A DNA stretch of 50,690 nt. Origin: Candidatus Saccharimonadales bacterium. GTDB lineage: Bacteria; Patescibacteriota; Saccharimonadia; Saccharimonadales; JAGPDM01. The DNA is taken from positions 1-50,690 of the forward strand of contig JBGAVT010000005.1 of assembly GCA_044227985.1 (NCBI GenBank), read 5' to 3'. Of this stretch, positions 28,196 to 36,828 are shown one piece after another; the first letter of the stretch is position 1, and every line of letters begins with the position of its first letter. The translations under genes and the position numbers were made by a program. The notes beneath the pieces were generated by a model. That model saw only the letters and a program-made list of their open reading frames with translations. It did no database searches and was not told the DNA's origin.

Positions 28196-29464
28196 TTATA
28201 TCTTAAGCATTTTATTTATGCGATCGCGAATTTTTTCTTTGCCTGCCCTATCGGTCTCAATTGTATCAAGCCCAGTGCGCAAAAGCCCCATAGCCGTGAT
28301 AAAAGTATGGTCTGAAATATGTTTAGTTTTATCAACAATATCAACCACCTGCTCGGGTTTAATATGTTTAATGACTGGTTTTTTGGTGAATGGCAAATCT
28401 TTTGGCCAATTGTGCGTCTTTAGTGCCTCAACCAATTGTGTCAAGCTTGAACCACCACCACACAACATAATTTGGTTTGGTAGATGGTCAATCGTGTCAA
28501 ACTCAGCTAGGGCTAATTCGACACCACCAAGCCAGATCTCAAGTGTTCGTTCAATACTTTTTTCGACCTCTGACTGGTGTGATTTTAGAGTGCCATCGCT
28601 AGCATGTATTTTATACTCTTCAGCAATATTAAACTCCATCCCAAGATCGCTACCAATTGCGTGAGTGAAACTCCGACCACCAATATTAAACATCTCCGCG
28701 CCCTCAACGCCGCCCTCATTAACGACAGCTATATCGGTAGTCCCACCACCAACATCAATCAGAATAGCGCTAAAATTAGTATCTTCATCGACGCTTGTAA
28801 CCCCTCGTGCAACTGCAAAAGGTTCAGCTGCTACAGCAACAAGATCAAGATCAAGCTCTTCGGCAACTTTCTCGAGCGCAGCAATATGGATTAACGGTGC
28901 GAAAGCAGTGAACAGGCTGATTACGACATCGCCACCAGAAAATCCAAGTGGGTTAGTTATCTTATAGCCATCAATTTCAATACTGACAACTGCGCTGTTA
29001 ACTAGCCGAACCTCAACATCATCGTTGCCGAGTTCCCACGATAATTCAGCCTTCGCTCTCGCCATAGCTCGATCTTGGATTTTTTGCATAATGTGCTCGA
29101 GCTCAAGCATTGTAATATTTTGCTTAGGATTTGGTCGTTTATAGGTTACAGTCGTGGTCTTTCCTTTGACCAATTCTCCGGCCAATCCGACAACTACCTG
29201 CCGAGCATTAACTCCCGCCATATCCTCTGCCACTTTTAGCGCTTCTTCACAGTTTCTGACTACACCACTGATATCTGAAATCGCACCATTCCCCATGTCA
29301 CTTAATCGCTGATGCTGTTTGCCTACACCACGAATTTCAAGTGTGCCGTTATTGTTCTTTGCAATCAGAGCCTTGATATTTTCGGTACCAATATCGAGCG
29401 CCGTCAAGGTCTTTCCCTCGATTGGCTTATTAATGATTTTTTTACTAAATCCTTTTATTTTCAT
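28196..29464 (-). CDS. FtsA-like actin-fold ATPase
   Basis: ALDIGTENIK, AEPFAVA, IDVGGGTTD, GGRSFT, AEEYK and LCGGGS motifs; no ftsZ nearby. Confidence 0.85.
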   Translation of the reverse strand: MKIKGFSKKIINKPIEGKTLTALDIGTENIKALIAKNNNGTLEIRGVGKQHQRLSDMGNGAISDISGVVRNCEEALKVAEDMAGVNARQVVVGLAGELVKGKTTTVTYKRPNPKQNITMLELEHIMQKIQDRAMARAKAELSWELGNDDVEVRLVNSAVVSIEIDGYKITNPLGFSGGDVVISLFTAFAPLIHIAALEKVAEELDLDLVAVAAEPFAVARGVTSVDEDTNFSAILIDVGGGTTDIAVVNEGGVEGAEMFNIGGRSFTHAIGSDLGMEFNIAEEYKIHASDGTLKSHQSEVEKSIERTLEIWLGGVELALAEFDTIDHLPNQIMLCGGGSSLTQLVEALKTHNWPKDLPFTKKPVIKHIKPEQVVDIVDKTKHISDHTFITAMGLLRTGLDTIETDRAGKEKIRDRINKMLKI

Positions 29465-29496
29465 AACCGCTACCAGTATACTCTATTTTAGCGTAT

Positions 29497-30174
29497 TTAT
29501 TTACCTTTAAAGGCGCCGTCATCGATGAGATTTGAGATTGCTTCGGCAACGTAATCTCTTTCGGCTTGTCTCACCATCTCAGAAATTTTATCGGGACTTG
29601 CATCGTTTGGTAACTCCACTTGTCTCTGATAGACAACCTCACCCGTATCAAAATCTTCTTCAACACGATGCAGACTAAAGCCACTGATTCTTTCTTTTGC
29701 TTCAGATACGGCTTTATGGACAGATTGACCATACATTCCTTTTCCGCCATATTTTGGCAACAAAGCTGGATGTAGGTTGATGCTTCTACCTCTGTATTCT
29801 TCAACAACTTCAATAGGTATTTTTTTTAGATAACCTAGTTCAACTATAACGTTTACATCGTGCTCTTCCAGGATTTGATTTATAAAATCACCATCGCGCC
29901 AACGATCACAGCATATAATTTCAACAGGTACGTTATAGTTACGCGCTATACTAAGTACTCCCGCCTGAGGATTGTTAGTTATGATGACCGCTACATCTTT
30001 AGTCTCATCAGGAGTGAATCTTTGTAAAACTGTTTCGGCGGTCGAACCTTTTCCGCTAGCGAAGATTGCCAACCGATATTCAGCCTTGGTTTCTTTGCTT
30101 GGATTCTTTACTCCAAACATAAATTGTTTGAATGTACGTTTCTTCTGCTGTTTTTTTGAGGAGTCGCTAGACAT
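29497..30174 (-). CDS. purN: Phosphoribosylglycinamide formyltransferase-like protein
   Basis: IFASGKGST, INLHPALLPKYGGKGMYG and HRVEEDFDTG; start overlaps the alaS stop. Confidence 0.85.
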   Translation of the reverse strand: MSSDSSKKQQKKRTFKQFMFGVKNPSKETKAEYRLAIFASGKGSTAETVLQRFTPDETKDVAVIITNNPQAGVLSIARNYNVPVEIICCDRWRDGDFINQILEEHDVNVIVELGYLKKIPIEVVEEYRGRSINLHPALLPKYGGKGMYGQSVHKAVSEAKERISGFSLHRVEEDFDTGEVVYQRQVELPNDASPDKISEMVRQAERDYVAEAISNLIDDGAFKGK

Positions 30175-32083
30175 CGACAAGCTTTGCTTTAATACGGCGA
30201 ATACCTGAACTACTAGCTTGTTCTTTCGCAATCTTGAATCGCTTACCGCCGTCCGCAAGTTCAGATGTATTTTCTACATGAGGTCCACCGCAAATCTCAA
30301 AGCTAAATGGCTTCTCACCATCTATGCCCATTGTGTAGACTTTAACAATTTCTCCGTATCGATCACCGAATTTACCGAGAACACCTTTATCGAGCGCATC
30401 TTGTAACGGATACTCTTTCCACGATATTGGTAATTTGAGATTAATCTGTTCATTAACCATGTCTTCAACCCGTTGTAGCTGATCTTTTGTGACCTTTTCA
30501 GGGTGACTGAAGTCAAAGCGTAGTCGTTCTTCCGTGATGTTACTACCATGTTGGACAACATGATCACCGAGTTCTCTTCGTAAACTCTCATACATGAGGT
30601 GCGTAGCAGTGTGATATTTCTTATGAATCAAACTGTCACCACCGAGTCCACCCTTAAACTGACCCTTCGTTGCTGTTCGACTGCGCTCTCGCTGTTCATT
30701 CATAGCCGTTTCAAGCTCTTGCTGCCAGGTGCTTGAAAGTTGTGCGCCCTTTTGTTCGACAAGTTCTTTTGTGAGCTCCTTAGGGTAGCCATAAGTATCA
30801 TAAAGCTTAAAGACATCTGCACCAGTGAGTACTTTTTTACCCTCATCATCTAGTTTTTCAGAATGTTCGAGTATTTTTTCAACTTCTTTCTCGCCTTTGC
30901 GCAGAGTTCCGCGAAAAACCTTCTCCTCTTTTGATAAGATTCTACTAACCTCATCAGCTCGTTCGATAACGTCTGACATATCCTCATAAACTTCTACAAT
31001 TTTTGGTAAAATCTGAATAACTAAGTCATGCTCAATGCCGAGATCAAATGCGAATCGAATGGCACGCCGCATAAGTCGTCGTGCGACATAACCCTGCTCA
31101 TTATTGCTCGGCACCACACCATCAACTGCCATAAACATAGCGCCCTTTAGGTGATCAGCGATAACACGCATTGCTGGCTTATGATCATCATATTTCTTGC
31201 CAGTAATCTTTTCAAGTTCTTCAATGATCGGCCAAAAAAGACTAATTTTAAATACATCAGGCGTATCGAGTACGGCTGCTGCAATTCGCTCTAACCCCGA
31301 ACCATGATCGATGTTCTTGTGCTCAAGTGGCTCCATTCCGTTTTCGGTGCGGCGGTAGGCCATAAAGACATTATTGCCAATCTCAAAGAATCGCGAGCTA
31401 TCGCTAGCAGGATGAGCTTTGCCCCATTTCGCTTCATCGTGGTATTGCTCACCAAAGTCAAAAAACATTTCGGAATCTGGACCACAAGGATCACCCATCG
31501 GGGTCTTGTCTTCAGCACCGCCGCGGCTCCACCAATTTTCATTACCATCATAGAGAAAAATTCGACCACCTTGCATTCCAACTTTGTCGCCATTTTCAGC
31601 AGTACCGATATCAACAACTTCAGCGTTAATCCCACGTTTACTAAATTCAGTTTTCCAAAGCTCAATCGCTGGGTTGTCTTTTGGAATGTCGAGCTCGTCA
31701 TTTCCGATATAACAAGTCGCATAAACACGGCTCGGATCTAGACCAACCACGTCAAATAAAAACTCAGCAATCCAAGGAATCTGCTCAGCCTGAAAATAAT
31801 CACCCAGGCTCCAATTACCAAGCATTTCGAAGCTCGTCGTATGCGAATCATCACCAACTTCTTCGATGTCTTCAACACGGATACAGAGCTGCGAATTAAC
31901 TAGCCGATTTCCCTCAGGATGTTCTTCGCCAAGCAAGAACGGCACCATCGGCTGCATACCAGAACCCGTGAAAAGCGTCGTTGCATCTTCGCTTGGTACG
32001 ACATTTGCGCGAGGAACGATCACATGACCTTTATCTCTAAAGAATTCGAGATATTTCTGACGGATTTCTTGGGCGTTTATCAT
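30167..32083 (-). CDS. alaS: Alanine--tRNA ligase (short form, no C-Ala domain)
   Basis: TLFTGSGMQP, FEMLGNWSLGDY, GLERI, IADH, YDTYGYP, HTATH, CGGPHV; ends right after GIRRIKA. Confidence 0.96.
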   Translation of the reverse strand: MINAQEIRQKYLEFFRDKGHVIVPRANVVPSEDATTLFTGSGMQPMVPFLLGEEHPEGNRLVNSQLCIRVEDIEEVGDDSHTTSFEMLGNWSLGDYFQAEQIPWIAEFLFDVVGLDPSRVYATCYIGNDELDIPKDNPAIELWKTEFSKRGINAEVVDIGTAENGDKVGMQGGRIFLYDGNENWWSRGGAEDKTPMGDPCGPDSEMFFDFGEQYHDEAKWGKAHPASDSSRFFEIGNNVFMAYRRTENGMEPLEHKNIDHGSGLERIAAAVLDTPDVFKISLFWPIIEELEKITGKKYDDHKPAMRVIADHLKGAMFMAVDGVVPSNNEQGYVARRLMRRAIRFAFDLGIEHDLVIQILPKIVEVYEDMSDVIERADEVSRILSKEEKVFRGTLRKGEKEVEKILEHSEKLDDEGKKVLTGADVFKLYDTYGYPKELTKELVEQKGAQLSSTWQQELETAMNEQRERSRTATKGQFKGGLGGDSLIHKKYHTATHLMYESLRRELGDHVVQHGSNITEERLRFDFSHPEKVTKDQLQRVEDMVNEQINLKLPISWKEYPLQDALDKGVLGKFGDRYGEIVKVYTMGIDGEKPFSFEICGGPHVENTSELADGGKRFKIAKEQASSSGIRRIKAKLVDV

Positions 32084-32121
32084 CCCTCTATCTTAAACTA
32101 AATAAAAATTGTCTTCTAGTC

Positions 32122-32150
32122 TTGACAAATGATGAAGATAATGATAAATT
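32122..32150 (+). promoter_or_regulatory. Sigma70-type promoter of the orphan gene
   Basis: TTGACA (32122-32127), 17-bp spacer ending TGA, TAAATT (32145-32150). Confidence 0.65.
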
Positions 32151-32187
32151 ATTTATACATATTTTATAAATTTAAGGAAAATAATTC

Positions 32188-32634
32188 ATGCCAGACACAT
32201 CAGACGCAGCACAAGACCCTGAGGATCAAGGCGCAACAGCTAGAGACGTAGCAATGGCGGAAAGTTTTGGTGGTCATGAGGGCGGCATACTATCTGCAGA
32301 GGATATTGAAGACTTGGACCTTGTTGGACAAGCCGCTGTAGCCGTGTGGGACGAACCAGAAGGCACCGATATAGGCGAACCTAGACATATAGTAGCTAGG
32401 CCTGAACTAGATGATTTTTTGGAAAGATCCGGTGGTGTTTTAGATGAGGCTGGTGCGGTAGGCTACTACAGTTCTGACGCACATCGTCCTCAACAGCCAC
32501 ATCGTCTAAGAACTTACCACGAAATTTTATATTTAGTGATTAGTGAATGGAGGAGAGCGAGAATTCTGGAAGAACTTGGCCGGCCCACAGAACGACCAAA
32601 TTTAGAGGATCCTCCTCGTCAATCTTTAGACTAG
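32188..32634 (+). CDS. Hypothetical acidic, lysine-free protein
   Basis: Fills the alaS-mnmA gap; promoter and AAGGA SD upstream; stop overlaps the mnmA stop. Confidence 0.7.
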   Translation: MPDTSDAAQDPEDQGATARDVAMAESFGGHEGGILSAEDIEDLDLVGQAAVAVWDEPEGTDIGEPRHIVARPELDDFLERSGGVLDEAGAVGYYSSDAHRPQQPHRLRTYHEILYLVISEWRRARILEELGRPTERPNLEDPPRQSLD

Positions 32635-33677
32635 GAAATTACTAGTGCGCCTAGACAATGCGCCTGACTATAAATCACAGCAGATTGACCGGGCGCTAAA
32701 GCTCGCTTGTCTTTAGCTAACTTAATTTCGTAATTATACTTATCGATTTTTATGAGCTTGCAATCGGTCAGACTACCGAGATGACGTGTTCGCACCTGGT
32801 AGGTTTTACCATCTTCTGGTGGCTGATTTATCCAATGGGCTTCACTGCCTTTGATAGTTGATGACCAAAGGTCGTTATCTGACGGATCGGTCGTGACATA
32901 GACGATATTTTTATCCATATCTTTATGGGTGACATAGTATGGCAGTCCACCACCAACACCCAAGCCTTGTCGCTGTCCAATCGTATAGAAAATCGCACCT
33001 TCGTGTTGTCCGATAATTTCTCCATGATTGTCTATAATATCTCCCGGCTCAATATCATCAACATATTCACGCAGAAATTCACGGATGCCGACTTGTCCAA
33101 CGAAGCAAATCCCGACTGAATCTTTTTTATTGGCGGTTATGAGATCACGTTTTTTTGCTTCTTCTCGAACTAGGCTTTTCTTCATTTCTCCAAGCGGAAA
33201 CAAGGTCTTTTCAAGCGCTTCGCTCGATACTCGAGCCAAGAAATAGCTTTGGTCTTTGCTGGTGTCAACCGCCATGTGAAGTTCACTGCCATTGACTATC
33301 CGAGCATAATGACCAGTCGCGATTTTTTCGGCGCCATCTTTTAATGCAGTCTCTAGAAACAACTTAAATTTAATTTCTTGGTTGCACATAATATCAGGAT
33401 TCGGTGTATTACCGGCTTTATATTCGTCGAGTAAATAGTCAACGACAGCTTGTTTATACTCTGCTTGAAAATCATATAACTTTAGCTCAATTCCTAGCTG
33501 GGCAGCAACACGCTTGGCATCCAGGTAATCATCCTGCCACGAGCATCTCCAACCACCTATATCCTTCGACCAGTTTTTCATAAATACACCAGTCACGTCG
33601 TGCCCAGCCTCAACCATCAGCGCGGCAGTCAAACTACTATCAACACCGCCACTCATGCCAACAAATATACGTGACAT
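32631..33677 (-). CDS. mnmA: tRNA 2-thiouridine(34) synthase
   Basis: SGGVDS, TPNPDIMCN, ATGHYA, KDQSYFL, GICF and TIGQRQG. Confidence 0.97.
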   Translation of the reverse strand: MSRIFVGMSGGVDSSLTAALMVEAGHDVTGVFMKNWSKDIGGWRCSWQDDYLDAKRVAAQLGIELKLYDFQAEYKQAVVDYLLDEYKAGNTPNPDIMCNQEIKFKLFLETALKDGAEKIATGHYARIVNGSELHMAVDTSKDQSYFLARVSSEALEKTLFPLGEMKKSLVREEAKKRDLITANKKDSVGICFVGQVGIREFLREYVDDIEPGDIIDNHGEIIGQHEGAIFYTIGQRQGLGVGGGLPYYVTHKDMDKNIVYVTTDPSDNDLWSSTIKGSEAHWINQPPEDGKTYQVRTRHLGSLTDCKLIKIDKYNYEIKLAKDKRALAPGQSAVIYSQAHCLGALVIS

Positions 33678-34247
33678 TTAACTACCATTCACCTTTAAAA
33701 AAATAAGTTTTACGGACTCACTAATAGTTAGATACCAACCTTTTGGTGTTATCCACCAAAGGCTACGGCGCCAAGTCTGGTCAAAGGCGGAGTGATTAAT
33801 AATCTCGGTATCAGGCAAAACTTTCTCAAATTCGAATGAGGCACGTCGCTGGTGATATGGTGATGTTACTAAAATAACCTTAGCTGGCTTTTCGGCAAAT
33901 AGCTCTGCAACCTTGTTAGCATTTTCATTAGTATCACGAGAATAATCCTCAACAGTTATAGCGCTTTCTGGGACTCCCTGTGATACTGCAATTCGTCGCA
34001 TGACAGTGGCGTTACTTGGGCTTTCAGGATCACTAGCTGCGCCAGCAACAATCAAACGTGGTGCCCAACCTCTAAGATAGAGACTAGATGCTTCATCAGT
34101 TCTGGCTTTCGTATCTCCTCCGCTGATGGCTATGATTGCATCAGCCTGCTGTAATTCATCATTGGGTGCGAGATACCAGCCAACCAGCCCAAGGCCGCCG
34201 AAAAAAACAAGAAATAATAAAACTAGGATAAATGATACTTTACGCAC
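33678..34247 (-). CDS. YdcF/ElyC/SanA (DUF218) family protein
   Basis: N-terminal TM, DAIIAISGG, SRDTNENA and LVTSPYHQRRA; GTG start. Confidence 0.88.
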   Translation of the reverse strand: MRKVSFILVLLFLVFFGGLGLVGWYLAPNDELQQADAIIAISGGDTKARTDEASSLYLRGWAPRLIVAGAASDPESPSNATVMRRIAVSQGVPESAITVEDYSRDTNENANKVAELFAEKPAKVILVTSPYHQRRASFEFEKVLPDTEIINHSAFDQTWRRSLWWITPKGWYLTISESVKLIFLKVNGS

Positions 34248-34319
34248 ATCTCTAGTATAGCAATTTCTACCATGGTTGCGGCTACGCATAACAAATCCTA
34301 ACGATTTAAGGCACTGCAC

Positions 34320-35405
34320 CTACGTAATATCGACGAAAGCTTCGACAATTTTATCAACCTGTTTAGTAGACATTTGGCTACTAAAACTAAAACGTAAGGT
34401 GGCATTTGCCTGTTTCTCTGATAAACCTACAGCTAAAAGCACGTGACTAGGCAGGTCATCACTGGCGGTACACGCCGAACCAGTCGCAACAATGATACCG
34501 TGAGCATCAAGTTCCAGTAATAGCCTCTCGCCATCATGGTCTGGGAATTGAAGCGATACTATATGTGGCGAAGTCTTAGTGTTTGCATTGTCTATGAAAG
34601 GGATCGACTTTTGGCGTAGTTGTTCCAGAAAATAATCACGTAGCTCAAATAACTTTTGGTTAGTTTGAACAGCTTTATTTTGAGTAATCTCAAGCGCTTT
34701 ACTAAATCCAACAATTGCCGGAACATTTTCAGTTGCTGGACGACGACCTTGCTCCTGCGAGCCGCCAAACCAAAGACTGCTGAATGGTGAACCATTACGA
34801 ACCGCCAAACAACCTGAACCCTTTGGTCCACCAATCTTTCCGCCATTAAGGCTAAGATAGTCGCAATGTCGCATGATTGATGCCAGAGGCTGGCACAGTA
34901 CAGCTTGTGAGGCATCTGTATGAAGATAGCAATCAACTGGTAATGCTTGTTTTATCCGACGTAAATTCTGAATCGTACCTAGCTCATGATTAACAGCTGC
35001 CACTGAAAAAGCCTTTAGTTGTTCATCACCAATTATTGGTTGTACTTTTTCATCAACAGGAAATTCAGTACCGCCGTGAGCTCGGCTAGGCTCAAGAATT
35101 GATGGATGTTCGATAGCCGCAACACCAAAATTACCAATCTGATAAAACGTGTTTATAACTAAATTGTTTGACTCAGTTGCTCCTGAAGTGAATATTATTT
35201 CATTTGATTTTACCTGTAAAATCTTAGCTACAGTGGCACGGCATGATTCGATAACCTCTCTGATTGATCTTGATTGTCTGCTCAAGCCACTCGGATTATA
35301 AAACTGATTTTGCCAATATGGCTGCATGGCTTTTAATACCTCTTCATAAACAGGTGAAGCAGCCGCGTAGTCCGCATATATTAGTTCGTCGCTAGGTTCA
35401 ATCAT
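34320..35405 (-). CDS. iscS: Cysteine desulfurase (IscS/NifS type)
   Basis: YADYAA, FTSGATESNN, HTDASQA, GKIGGPKG and ATGSAC; clustered with mnmA. Confidence 0.9.
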   Translation of the reverse strand: MIEPSDELIYADYAAASPVYEEVLKAMQPYWQNQFYNPSGLSRQSRSIREVIESCRATVAKILQVKSNEIIFTSGATESNNLVINTFYQIGNFGVAAIEHPSILEPSRAHGGTEFPVDEKVQPIIGDEQLKAFSVAAVNHELGTIQNLRRIKQALPVDCYLHTDASQAVLCQPLASIMRHCDYLSLNGGKIGGPKGSGCLAVRNGSPFSSLWFGGSQEQGRRPATENVPAIVGFSKALEITQNKAVQTNQKLFELRDYFLEQLRQKSIPFIDNANTKTSPHIVSLQFPDHDGERLLLELDAHGIIVATGSACTASDDLPSHVLLAVGLSEKQANATLRFSFSSQMSTKQVDKIVEAFVDIT

Positions 35406-35434
35406 AGTTATAACTGTATCTTAAATAGAAACAC

Positions 35435-35803
35435 TCAAGCAAAGTTTTTATACATTGCCTTCTCGACCTTAGTAACATAAAGCTCCATAGCATGAACAAC
35501 ATTTTGCATCTCTTGGAGAGTCATCGGAATAATTTTATTATTTTGAATCTTTTCTATCGTATCTTCATAGATTCGATATCGAGTATTTACGACGAGCGTT
35601 TCACCATCAGTTCCCGGGAACGTCTCATACCACACCCAAGTATTCTGGTTAAGGCAGAAAAAGGAGCGCGTATGATTTTTAGGGATTTTCCCAAATAACC
35701 GACCGCCGATCTCACTCTCACGTCGCAGTAGTGCCCTACGTTGATCTTTTTTAGAGGAAAGATTATGTTTTTTTTGCCGCCAAAGAACACTTGTTTGTCT
35801 CAT
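35435..35803 (-). CDS. Hypothetical protein
   Basis: Globular-looking ORF (ESEIGGRLFG..FFCL..TWVWYE) with ATGA coupling to the upstream ORF. Confidence 0.75.
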   Translation of the reverse strand: MRQTSVLWRQKKHNLSSKKDQRRALLRRESEIGGRLFGKIPKNHTRSFFCLNQNTWVWYETFPGTDGETLVVNTRYRIYEDTIEKIQNNKIIPMTLQEMQNVVHAMELYVTKVEKAMYKNFA

Positions 35804-36018
35804 ACTGACACCATTTCTTTTTTGATAGGCGAAGTGAATTGATCGTCGTCTGTCCGTTTTGCACTCTTAATCATCTCAGATATAACAGGTTCGACTGCTG
35901 CTAGCCTCATTACTTCAAGCTTTCTTGCGATTACTAAAGCCTTCTGTGCTTTTTCATGCGCAAATGCTGCGATTTGCTGTTGGCTCGGTTGCGTTACCTG
36001 ATTTTCGTTCAAAACCAC
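35800..36018 (-). CDS. Small hypothetical protein
   Basis: GAGGT SD-like sequence upstream; fills the gap and overlaps the next start. Confidence 0.55.
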   Translation of the reverse strand: MVLNENQVTQPSQQQIAAFAHEKAQKALVIARKLEVMRLAAVEPVISEMIKSAKRTDDDQFTSPIKKEMVSV

Positions 36019-36030
36019 ACCTCGTGATCA

Positions 36031-36828
36031 TTAATAAAATATTCGTCGAATATTCTCTTGGCTACACCTACTCAAGTGCTCAACTGATTGATTGCGCTTT
36101 TGTGCAATCTGCTCAGCCACCAATCGAACATACGATGGTTTGTTTACTTTACCACGATGTGGTTTTGGCGTCAAGTATGGTGCATCAGTTTCAAAAACAA
36201 TCTGATCATCGTCTATATCTTTGAGCATCATTAATTGAGACTCATCTTTAGAGAAAGTTAAGATTCCGTTAACTCCAATTAGAAGTTTCCGTTTTTTTGC
36301 CGCCGATAATTGAATGGTATTGGCCGTGAAGCTATGTAGAACTCCTCGTATTTTTGGAAAATCACTAAGTATAGCCCAAAAATCTTCGAACACTTGGTCT
36401 GGATGATCTCGATTACCGCGCACATGAAACGAGCATGGCAGTCTATATCTTTCAGCTAGCTCAAGCTGAGCTAGCAAAACTGCTTGTTGTTTTTTTATTT
36501 CACTAAAACCGTAAAAATAATCTAGCCCAATTTCACCAACTGCAACAATCTTTTTATGGTTCTGAATTATTAACCTAGCGAGCAGACCAGCTGATGTATC
36601 ATCAAAATGCTTAGCTTCATGTGGGTGTATACCCACTATTGCGAAGATATGCTCATGGAGATTGGCAAACTCCACAGCCTCAACACTATTCGCAATAGTC
36701 GTACCAACCATAAAGATATCGCTTATGCCATTTTTGTGCGCCTCTTCTACTAAACCACTAGCATCCAAGTTATATTCCTTAGCGTGGACATGACAATGAC
36801 TGTCGGTCAGTGGACACAGCTTAGCCAT
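36031..36828 (-). CDS. tatD: TatD family nuclease
   Basis: DSHCH, GIHPH, GEIGLD, HSF and ETDAPYL; start MAKLC. Confidence 0.94.
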   Translation of the reverse strand: MAKLCPLTDSHCHVHAKEYNLDASGLVEEAHKNGISDIFMVGTTIANSVEAVEFANLHEHIFAIVGIHPHEAKHFDDTSAGLLARLIIQNHKKIVAVGEIGLDYFYGFSEIKKQQAVLLAQLELAERYRLPCSFHVRGNRDHPDQVFEDFWAILSDFPKIRGVLHSFTANTIQLSAAKKRKLLIGVNGILTFSKDESQLMMLKDIDDDQIVFETDAPYLTPKPHRGKVNKPSYVRLVAEQIAQKRNQSVEHLSRCSQENIRRIFY

